From an uncultured Thermus sp. (GTDB lineage: Bacteria > Deinococcota > Deinococci > Deinococcales > Thermaceae): 21,968 nt of DNA. Both the position numbers and the translations under genes were made by a program. The stretch spans positions 1 to 21,968 of the forward strand of contig CAMTVD010000020.1 of NCBI GenBank assembly GCA_947085095.1, in the 5' to 3' direction. Within the stretch, counting starts at the first letter, position 1, and each line of letters starts with the position of its first letter. Below are positions 1 to 6,460 of this stretch, one piece after another. The notes beneath the pieces were generated by a model, which searched no databases, was not told the origin of the DNA, and saw nothing but the letters and a program-made list of their open reading frames with translations.

Positions 1-143
1 ATGGAGGGTGTGTGGCGGCGGGTGAAGGGGTTTTTGATGCCTCGGCGGCACTACGGGGGGGTTGAGGAGCTTAGGGAGGCGGTGGTTCAGGCCCTCAAGG
101 CCCTGGGGGGTGTGGAGTTGAAAATCTTGGGGGAGGGTACTTA
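1..143 (+). mobile_element. Right end of an IS630-family insertion sequence (transposase C-terminus), truncated by the window edge, ending at a probable TA target (142-143)
   Basis: Translation MEGVWRRVK...HYGGVEELREAVVQAL fits the segment after the last catalytic Glu of IS630/Tc1 DDE transposases (E-x-x-W-x-x-x-K). The frame runs to ...GEGT (ACT, 139-141) followed by TA, the IS630 target. The left end is not visible, so the inverted repeats cannot be verified. Confidence 0.7.
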
Positions 144-147
144 CCAT
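118..147 (+). promoter_or_regulatory. Putative hybrid sigmaA promoter for ispD: -35 TTGAAA (118-123, inside the IS), -10 TACCAT (142-147)
   Basis: Hexamers 18 nt apart; the -10 ends 7 nt before the ispD GTG at 155 (leaderless geometry). Confidence 0.55.
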
Positions 148-154
148 GGGGAAG

Positions 155-796
155 GTGGAGGTTTCCGTCCTGATCCCCGCCGCTGGCAACGGGGAGCGGC
201 TTGGCCTGGGTCCTAAGGCCTTCCTCAGGGTGGGCGGGAGGACCCTTTTGGAGTGGGCCCTTTTGCCCTTCGGCGAGGCCGCTGAGGTCCTGGTGGCCCT
301 GCCCCCCGGGACCGAACCCCCTAGGGGTCTGAGGGCCACCTTCCTGGAGGGGGGAAGGACCCGGCAGGAGTCCGTGGCCCGCCTCCTGGAGGCGGCAAGC
401 CTCCCCACGGTCCTGGTCCACGATGTGGCCCGCCCCTTCGTGGGCCCAGGCCTGGTGGAAAGGGTCCTGGGGGCCACCCGGGCCACAGGGGCGGCGGTCC
501 CCGTCCTTCCCGTCCCCGACACCCTGGTCCGCCCTGAGGAGGCCCTTTACGGGGAGGTGGTCCCCCGGGAAGCGTTGCGCCTGGTGCAGACCCCCCAGGG
601 CTTCTTCACCGCTCTCCTGCGGGAGGCCCACGCCTACGCCAGGAGGCGGGGCCTTTCCGCCAGCGACGACGCCCAGCTGGTGCGGGCCTTGGGCTATCCC
701 GTGGCCTTGGTGGAAGGGGAGCGGACGGCCTTCAAGATCACCTATAAGGAGGACCTCCCCCTGGCGGAGGCCTTGGCACGGGTATGGAGCGGCTAG
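155..796 (+). CDS. ispD: 2-C-methyl-D-erythritol 4-phosphate cytidylyltransferase
   Basis: IPAAGxGxR..PKAF, GGRTRQESV, VLVHDVARPF, VQTPQGF, DDAQ and KIT motifs. GTG155 preferred (xEVSVLIPAAG N-terminus); ATG146 is an alternative start. Confidence 0.95.
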   Translation: MEVSVLIPAAGNGERLGLGPKAFLRVGGRTLLEWALLPFGEAAEVLVALPPGTEPPRGLRATFLEGGRTRQESVARLLEAASLPTVLVHDVARPFVGPGLVERVLGATRATGAAVPVLPVPDTLVRPEEALYGEVVPREALRLVQTPQGFFTALLREAHAYARRRGLSASDDAQLVRALGYPVALVEGERTAFKITYKEDLPLAEALARVWSG

Positions 797-1602
797 CCCC
801 AGGCAAGGTCAACCTGGGCCTCTCCCTTTTGGGGAGGCGGCCCGATGGTTACCACGAGCTCCACACCCTCTTCGCTGTCCTCTCCTTCGGGGACCGGGTG
901 GTGGTGGAGCCCATTCCTGAGGGCATCGTCTTCCGCGGGCGCTATGGGCGGAGGAACCTGGCCTACCGGGCGGCGGAGGCCTACTTGGAAAAGGCGGGCT
1001 GGCCTGGGGGGGTGAGGATCCTTCTGGAGAAGGAGCTTCCCGAGGGGGCAGGCTTAGGCGGGGGAAGCTCGGACGCCGCCCAGGTGCTTCTGGCCCTTAA
1101 GGAGCTCTACCCGGCCGAGGTGGACCTTTTCGCCCTGGCCCCTTCCTTGGGGGCGGACGTGCCCTTTTTCCTCCTGGGGGGGGTGGCGGAGGCCCGGGGG
1201 GTGGGGGAGCGCCTTTCCCCCCGCTCGCTTCCCCCCTTGCCGGTGGTGGTCTACGGGCCGGGGCTCCGCCTGCCCACGCCCTGGGTCTACCGGGAGGTGA
1301 AGCCCCACGACTTTGCTCCCGAGCTCCCGATAGAGGAGATCCTGAACGCCTTGGCCCGGGGGGAGGAGCCGCCTTACTGGAATAGCCTCGAGGCCGCCGC
1401 TTTTCGCCTGCGCCCGGAACTCAGGGAGGTAAAGCAAAGGCTTAGGTCCTTGGGGCTTTACGGAGTCCTCATGTCGGGTTCGGGGAGCGCCTTTTTTGGC
1501 CTGGCCCAGGACCTGGACCACGCCCGGAGAGCGGTGGAAGCCTTGAGGCGCACGGGGTATGCCCGTTACGGGACCTTGGGGGGGGAGCATGGGGCCCATT
1601 GA
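784..1602 (+). CDS. ispE: 4-diphosphocytidyl-2-C-methyl-D-erythritol kinase
   Basis: APGKVNLGL, DGYHELHTLF, GHMP motif PEGAGLGGGSSDAA, LGADVPFF, MSGSGS; overlaps the ispD stop. Confidence 0.96.
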   Translation: MERLAPGKVNLGLSLLGRRPDGYHELHTLFAVLSFGDRVVVEPIPEGIVFRGRYGRRNLAYRAAEAYLEKAGWPGGVRILLEKELPEGAGLGGGSSDAAQVLLALKELYPAEVDLFALAPSLGADVPFFLLGGVAEARGVGERLSPRSLPPLPVVVYGPGLRLPTPWVYREVKPHDFAPELPIEEILNALARGEEPPYWNSLEAAAFRLRPELREVKQRLRSLGLYGVLMSGSGSAFFGLAQDLDHARRAVEALRRTGYARYGTLGGEHGAH

Positions 1603-2158
1603 CGAGCTGGAGTTTTGTTGCCCCGAGGCCTTGGAGGAGATCAAGTCCCTGCCCATCCGCTGGGACCGGGAGCGCTTCGCCTTCTGGCTTCGGCAAGACT
1701 ATCCCTTCGTGGAGGCCCTCTACCGCTACCAGGTGGGACTTCTCTTGGAGGCTCCCCAGGCCCACCGCGCTCCCTTGGTCCAGGCCCTCATGGCCACGGT
1801 GGAGGAGCTGGACTGGCTCCTCTCCCACGGGGCCGATCCCCAGGGGGAGGTCCACCCGGTGCGCCGGGAGTACATCCGCCTCCTAGAGGAGATGGGGGGT
1901 CTTTCCTACCCCTACCGCCTGGTCTTCTTCTACTTCCTCAACCACTTTTTCCTCGAGGCCTGGAACGCCCACGTGGAGGGGGAAGGTCCCTGGCGGGAGC
2001 TTTCCGAACACTGGTCCGCCCCGGAGTTCCAGGCGCTCCTCTTTGACCTGGAGGTCATGGCCCAAGGGGCGGCAGGGGGGTTGGACCGGGGGGTGGTGGC
2101 CCACTACCTGGGCCGCATCCTGGAGATGGAGAAGAAAGCTTGGAGCCTGCTCCTATGA
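1589..2158 (+). CDS. TenA/THI-4-like (heme oxygenase-like fold) protein
   Basis: FxxWLRQDYxFV resembles the TenA 'QDY' motif; helical, about 189 aa; ATG1589 follows a GGGGGAG run and overlaps the ispE end. Confidence 0.7.
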   Translation: MGPIDELEFCCPEALEEIKSLPIRWDRERFAFWLRQDYPFVEALYRYQVGLLLEAPQAHRAPLVQALMATVEELDWLLSHGADPQGEVHPVRREYIRLLEEMGGLSYPYRLVFFYFLNHFFLEAWNAHVEGEGPWRELSEHWSAPEFQALLFDLEVMAQGAAGGLDRGVVAHYLGRILEMEKKAWSLLL

Positions 2159-2191
2159 AAGAGGCGGGGCCTGGGCCCCGCCTTTCCTTTT
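2158..2191. terminator. Bidirectional intrinsic terminator
   Basis: AGGCGGGGC-CTGG-GCCCCGCCT stem (2162-2183), preceded by AAAG and followed by TTCCTTTT, between convergent genes. Confidence 0.8.
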
Positions 2192-2201
2192 CAGAAAGGG
2201 G

Positions 2202-2696
2202 TCAGTTTAGCTCCTCACCCCAGGTTTCCTCAAAGAGGCGCTTGGCCTCCTGTACCGTGATTTCTAGGGTCTGGGAAACCTCCTCCGCCAGGAGGAAGAT
2301 GGCCCTTCTCAGAGCCTGCCGGTCCAGGTCGGGCAGGCCCCGCTCCAGCTCCCAGGCCCTAAGCTGCCCCGCCATCTGGGCGATGCGGTAAGGATTCCCG
2401 TCCGCCAGGATCTCGCTGGTCTTGCGGTGCCGGGCGGCCCACTGTTTGGGCAGGGGCATGCGCCCGTTTTTCAGCAGGTCCAGGATGATGGGGACCTCCT
2501 CCGGGGATAAGGCCTTGCGCAGGCCCACGCTCTGGGGGGCCTCCACGGGCACGTAGGCCTTGGAGCGGGAGCCGGGGAAGTCCACCTGGTAGTAGGCCCG
2601 GCTCACGCCGCTCACGCTCCGCTGGGCTATGCCCGCCACCACGCCGACCCCGTAAGGGGGCAAGACCACCTTGTCGCCGGGACGGAACTCTTTCAC
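2202..2696 (-). CDS. carD: CarD/CdnL RNA polymerase-binding transcription factor
   Basis: xKEFRPGDKVVLPPYGVGVV, AYVPV..GLRKALS and conserved W in PKQWAAR; 164 aa from GTG2696, which overlaps the upstream TGA (GTGA). Confidence 0.93.
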   Translation of the reverse strand: MKEFRPGDKVVLPPYGVGVVAGIAQRSVSGVSRAYYQVDFPGSRSKAYVPVEAPQSVGLRKALSPEEVPIILDLLKNGRMPLPKQWAARHRKTSEILADGNPYRIAQMAGQLRAWELERGLPDLDRQALRRAIFLLAEEVSQTLEITVQEAKRLFEETWGEELN

Positions 2697-3262
2697 GGCG
2701 CCACTCCTTTCTGGAGCACCAAAAGGAGGTGCTCCAAATACGTGTCCACCTCCAGCTGGGGGCTGCACCCCAAGGCGGCGATCACCGCGGCCGTGGCCTT
2801 GGGGGAAAGCTCCTCCCGTACCGCCTTTTCCGCCTGGCCGCTTCGCACCAGCTCCTCCAGGAGGTCCAGGTAGTGCTGGTGGAGCCCCTTGAGCCAGGGG
2901 GTGGGATCCGCCATGGCCTCCCGGGCCACCGCCGCCCAAAGGCCCCTCCACTCCGCGATCCAGGCCAGGCGCTTCTGCAAAAGCCGCTCCAGCCGCACAA
3001 AAAAAGGCGCCCGCAGGCGCACGATTTCCTCCACCTCCCGGTAGAAGGCCCAGGTTCGCTCCTCCACCAGGTTCTTGAGGAGGTCCTTTTTGTCGCGGAA
3101 GTAGAGGTAGATGGTTCCCTTCCCTACCTCGGCCTTGCGGGCCACGTCCTCCATCTTCAGCCCGGAAAGACCTTTCTCCCGGAGGACTTCCAAGGTGGCC
3201 CGGAGAATGAGCTCTCGCTTGCCCTTGGACAAGGCCCCCGGAAGGGATACCATCGTGGCCAC
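2693..3262 (-). CDS. TetR-family transcriptional regulator (SbtR-like)
   Basis: HTH ILRATLEVLREKG..KMEDVARKAEVGKGTIYLYFRDKKDL; single C-terminal Cys (ALGCSP). Start is GTG3262 (leaderless geometry) or ATG3253. Confidence 0.9.
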   Translation of the reverse strand: MATMVSLPGALSKGKRELILRATLEVLREKGLSGLKMEDVARKAEVGKGTIYLYFRDKKDLLKNLVEERTWAFYREVEEIVRLRAPFFVRLERLLQKRLAWIAEWRGLWAAVAREAMADPTPWLKGLHQHYLDLLEELVRSGQAEKAVREELSPKATAAVIAALGCSPQLEVDTYLEHLLLVLQKGVAP

Positions 3263-3269
3263 GCCCCTA

Positions 3270-3278
3270 AGTCTACCA
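3270..3278 (-). promoter_or_regulatory. Extended -10 TGgTAGACT for the tetR-carD operon
   Basis: Minus-strand TG-g-TAGACT ends 7 nt before the in-frame GTG3262. Confidence 0.55.
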
Positions 3279-3334
3279 CAACGCCCTTTTCCTTTCATGA
3301 GGAGAGGGTTACCCTAAGGGGTAAGGGAGGAGGT

Positions 3335-4048
3335 ATGCGCCAAGGCTTCTTCGCCTTCCTTACCGCCGATCCTTTGCGGGGAGCGTTGCGGGCCGTGGAG
3401 GCCAGGCTCTTGGAGGAGGCCCGGGGGGAGGCCCTCTTCCTGGTGCCCTACCCCTTGCGGGACCTGGCGGAGGCCTGGAGCCTGGCCTATCGGAGCCTGG
3501 GTCTGAAGCGGGGAAGGGTCCTTTACCTCAGGCGGCGGGAAGAGGCCTTTGACCGGGAGGTGGCCCAGGAGGTGGCCCAAAGCCCCCTGGTCCTCCTGGC
3601 CGCCGAGGGCCTGCCGGAGTTTTTGGACCTAATCCGGGGGAGCCTGGTGCTCCAGGCCCTTTTCATGGTCCACCGCCAGGGGGGTGGGGTGGTGGCCCTG
3701 GGGGAGGCTGGGGGGCTTCTGGGCGAGGCCGCCTTTTATTCCCTGGAGGGCCAGGTGCGAGCCGCCCTTGGCCTTTCCCTCCTTCGGGGGCTGGCCCTTC
3801 TGCCCCGGGTGGAGGAGAGGGGGCGGTTTTTGGCCCTGTCCCAGCTGGTGGCCGACAACCCCGACCTGGTGGGCTTGGGCCTCCTGGAGAACACCGCTCT
3901 CCGCCTCCTTGGGGGCCTGGGGGAGGTCTGGGCGGGCGGGGTGACCCTGGTGGACGCCGGCGGGGCGGAGTTCACGGCCCGGGGGGTGCGGGGGCTTCGG
4001 GTGGATGTCCTCGCCGCCGGGGAGCGGTTTCCCCTCCCCGCCCTGTAG
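3335..4048 (+). CDS. Peptidase S51/cyanophycinase-like protein, catalytic motifs degenerate
   Basis: SD GGAGGAGG then ATG3335. GLSLLRGL..PR..ERGRF..L, LGLGLLENTAL and V..GGVTLVDA resemble cyanophycinase C-terminal motifs. Confidence 0.65.
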   Translation: MRQGFFAFLTADPLRGALRAVEARLLEEARGEALFLVPYPLRDLAEAWSLAYRSLGLKRGRVLYLRRREEAFDREVAQEVAQSPLVLLAAEGLPEFLDLIRGSLVLQALFMVHRQGGGVVALGEAGGLLGEAAFYSLEGQVRAALGLSLLRGLALLPRVEERGRFLALSQLVADNPDLVGLGLLENTALRLLGGLGEVWAGGVTLVDAGGAEFTARGVRGLRVDVLAAGERFPLPAL

Positions 4049-4057
4049 CATGGGGGT

Positions 4058-4558
4058 ATGCCCTCGGGGCGCGCGCACGAGGCCATCAACCTGACCGCCT
4101 TGGGCCTGGGTGGGATCGCCTACCTGGCCTATGGGGGAGTCCCTGAAGACCCCCGGGCCCTGGCCTTCGCCCTGGGCTACCTGGGGGGTACCTTCCTGCT
4201 TTCCCCCGATCTGGACCTAGCGGAAAGGGGGGTGCGGGCCCAGGGGCGTTGGGGCTTTTTGGGCTTTCTCTGGCGGCCCTACGGCTGGCTTTTCCGCCAC
4301 CGGGGCCTTTCCCACACCTGGGTGCTGGGGCCTTTGACCCGCTTGGGGTACCTCCTTGCCCTTCTGTTCCTTTTGTACGCCCTTTTCCAGGGAACCCTGG
4401 CCTTCCTGGGGGCCTCTTTGACCCTGGCCCTTCCTTCCCTGCCCCCCGGGGTCCTCTTGTGGGGGCTTCTCGGCTACTACCTCTCCCAGTGGCTACACCT
4501 TCTCGCGGACGGCATCTGGCCCGACCACGACCTCAGGCGGCTCAGGCGGCCAAGGTGA
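4058..4558 (+). CDS. DUF2227-like putative metal-binding membrane protein
   Basis: MPSGRAH, LSPDLD, WRPY..FRHRGLSH and HLLAD motifs plus several hydrophobic helices. Confidence 0.8.
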   Translation: MPSGRAHEAINLTALGLGGIAYLAYGGVPEDPRALAFALGYLGGTFLLSPDLDLAERGVRAQGRWGFLGFLWRPYGWLFRHRGLSHTWVLGPLTRLGYLLALLFLLYALFQGTLAFLGASLTLALPSLPPGVLLWGLLGYYLSQWLHLLADGIWPDHDLRRLRRPR

Positions 4559-4602
4559 GGCGGTTTACACACCGATCCCCGGTAGGGGTAAAGAATGGGG
4601 CC

Positions 4603-5088
4603 ATGGCTAGACTCTGGGCCTTGGCCCTTGGGGCCCTCTGGGGGGCGGCCCTAGCGGTGGGCTTGGGGGAGCGCATTCCCGACTTCTCCCTCCAAGACCC
4701 TGCGGGGAACCCTGTTACCCGGGAGACCATGAAGAAACCCGCGGTCATCGTTTTCTGGGCCAGCTGGTGCCCGGTGTGCCGGGCGGAGTTTCCTGGCCTT
4801 CATCGGGTAGCGGAGGAGACCGGCGTACCCTTCTATGTGATCAGCGCTGAACCCAGGGATACCAAGGAGGTGGTCTTGGGCTACATGAAGGCCTATCCCC
4901 GCTTCATCCCCCTCCTGGCCTCGGCCAGGGAAAGGCCCCAGCAGGTGGCAGCCCGCTTCAGGGTGCTGGGCCACCCCTGGACCTTCGTGGTGGATACCGA
5001 GGCCAAGGTGGTGGCCTTCTTCGCCGGCCGCGCGGGGCGGGAAGCCCTCTTAGACGCCCTCCTCCTGGCGGGGGTAGATCTGCCATAG
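4603..5088 (+). CDS. Exported TlpA/ResA-like thiol-disulfide oxidoreductase
   Basis: Signal peptide MARLWALALGALWGAALA; IPDFSLQD, FWASWCPVCRAE and cis-Pro loop GHPWTFVVD. Confidence 0.85.
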   Translation: MARLWALALGALWGAALAVGLGERIPDFSLQDPAGNPVTRETMKKPAVIVFWASWCPVCRAEFPGLHRVAEETGVPFYVISAEPRDTKEVVLGYMKAYPRFIPLLASARERPQQVAARFRVLGHPWTFVVDTEAKVVAFFAGRAGREALLDALLLAGVDLP

Positions 5089-5487
5089 CTCCGCCCGTCG
5101 GGCCTCGCCCTCAGGCGACAAGCGCAACAAAAAGTCGGCTTCCAAGGCCTTTGGCTCCCCCCACTCCACCAGGGTGAGGCGTGCTCCCTCCTCCGCCGCC
5201 CAGAGCTGGGGTAGGAGGGCCTCGGCCTGCTTGAGGCGGTAGAGATCGGCGTGGACCAGGGGGCCCTCCGGGGTGGGGTAGGTGTGGATGAGGGTGTAGG
5301 TGGGGCTGGTCACCCGGCCAGCAAAGCCCAAGGCCTCGGCCAGGAAGCGGACGAAGGTGGTCTTGCCCGCCCCCAGGGGGCCCTGGAGGGCCACCACCGC
5401 TCCCCTGGGCAGGAGGGGGAGGATCTCCCGGGCTAGGGCCTGGGTGTCCTCGAGGGTCTCTAGGGTGCGCGAAAGGAGAAGCCGCAT
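5050..5487 (-). CDS. tsaE: tRNA threonylcarbamoyladenosine biosynthesis ATPase
   Basis: GPLGAGKTTFVR, VTSPTYTL, HADLYRL, LVEWG motifs; start codon uncertain; 3' end overlaps the TlpA gene by 39 nt. Confidence 0.92.
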   Translation of the reverse strand: MRLLLSRTLETLEDTQALAREILPLLPRGAVVALQGPLGAGKTTFVRFLAEALGFAGRVTSPTYTLIHTYPTPEGPLVHADLYRLKQAEALLPQLWAAEEGARLTLVEWGEPKALEADFLLRLSPEGEARRAELWQIYPRQEEGV

Positions 5488-5515
5488 AAAGGAAAAAGGC
5501 CCCATGGGGCCTTTT
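5488..5515 (-). terminator. Intrinsic terminator downstream of tRNA-Leu
   Basis: Perfect 22-bp palindrome AAAAGGCCCCATGGGGCCTTTT (5494-5515), with a TTTTTCCTTT tract on the minus strand. Confidence 0.75.
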
Positions 5516-5601
5516 GGTGCCGGGAGCGGGACTTGAACCCGCACGCCCTTGCGGGCACCACCCCCTCAAGATGGCGTGTCTACCAGTTCCACCATCCCGG
5601 C
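5515..5601 (-). tRNA. tRNA-Leu (anticodon GAG), long variable arm, encoded CCA
   Basis: Reverse complement GCCGGGATGGTGGAACTGGTAGACACGCCATCTTGAGGGGGTGG...GGGTTCAAGTCCCGCTCCCGGCACCA forms a cloverleaf; anticodon loop TT-GAG-GG. Confidence 0.97.
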
Positions 5602-5626
5602 AGGGCGCGCCTTAGGCGCAAGCTTC

Positions 5627-5654
5627 AGTTTAGCAAAAGCCCTTCCCTTGTCAA
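5627..5654 (-). promoter_or_regulatory. sigmaA promoter of tRNA-Leu
   Basis: Minus strand TTGACA (5654-5649), 16 nt, then TAAACT (5632-5627) with an extended TG. Confidence 0.8.
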
Positions 5655-5816
5655 GGTGGGACAAATGTCCCTTCCCCTTTAGGGTAAGGTACCCGTGAAA
5701 GGGTCATGCTAAGGGGTAGGCGGGGAAACGGCTGGGCGGTTTATGGATCCCTCCCAGGTCTGTATTGACTCCCTTTGCCTGGCTTCGCAGCCGTGGCCTT
5801 CAAGACCGGAGGTGGT

Positions 5817-6452
5817 ATGCGGCGACGAAACCGTTGGGTGAGGACCCTGTTTTGGGGCGGCGTGCTGGGGATTTTTGCCCTCCTCGGGGTGGTCTTTTCC
5901 GGGGTGGCGGTGGGGGCCTTTGAGCAGCGGATCCTGCCCGTGGACCAGCCCATCCCCTTCAGCCACGCCTTCCACGCCGGGGGGCTTGGCCTTTCCTGCC
6001 GCTACTGCCACCCTTCCGCGGAGCGGGCGGCCTATGCGGGCCTGCCCCCCACCGAGACCTGCATGACCTGCCACACCTTTATCAAGCCGGATAGCCCCAA
6101 GCTGGCCCTGGTGCGCCGGAGCTGGGAGACGGGGGAGGCCATTCGCTGGAACCGGGTCATCAACCTCCCCGACTTCGTCTACTTCCACCACGGGGCCCAC
6201 GTGGCCAAGGGGGTGGGGTGCGCCGAGTGCCACGGCCGGGTGGACCAGATGCCGGTGGTCCACCAGCCCCAGGCCTTCACCATGAAGTTCTGCCTGGAGT
6301 GCCACCGCAACCCCGAGGCCTACCTCCGCCCCAGGGAGCAGGTCTTCAACATGGCCTATAAGCCTGACCCTGAACTTGGAAGAAAACTCAAAGAAATCCA
6401 CGCCGTCCGCTCCGCCGAGGCCCTGACCAGCTGCAACACCTGCCACCGCTAG
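5817..6452 (+). CDS. actA: Alternative complex III subunit A, membrane-anchored pentaheme cytochrome c
   Basis: N-terminal TM helix; QPIPFSH; five CxxCH (CRYCH, CMTCH, CAECH, CLECH, CNTCH); LPDFVYFHHGAH; SD GGAGG before ATG5817. Confidence 0.92.
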   Translation: MRRRNRWVRTLFWGGVLGIFALLGVVFSGVAVGAFEQRILPVDQPIPFSHAFHAGGLGLSCRYCHPSAERAAYAGLPPTETCMTCHTFIKPDSPKLALVRRSWETGEAIRWNRVINLPDFVYFHHGAHVAKGVGCAECHGRVDQMPVVHQPQAFTMKFCLECHRNPEAYLRPREQVFNMAYKPDPELGRKLKEIHAVRSAEALTSCNTCHR

Positions 6453-6460
6453 GAGGAACG

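Noticed and set aside
2729..3334. N-terminal extension of the 439-aa ORF (likewise 4249-4602 and 2697-2951)
   Set aside because: These overlap real genes on the other strand or frame; better starts exist at 3335, 4603 and 2696.
5515..5601. tRNA-Leu as an integration site for an island
   Set aside because: No integrase, no duplicated tRNA 3' end seen, and the core gene tsaE follows directly.
5689..5706. Possible SbtR-type site (ending GGGTCA) upstream of actA
   Set aside because: Only one half-site matches; there is no symmetric TGACC at the proper spacing.
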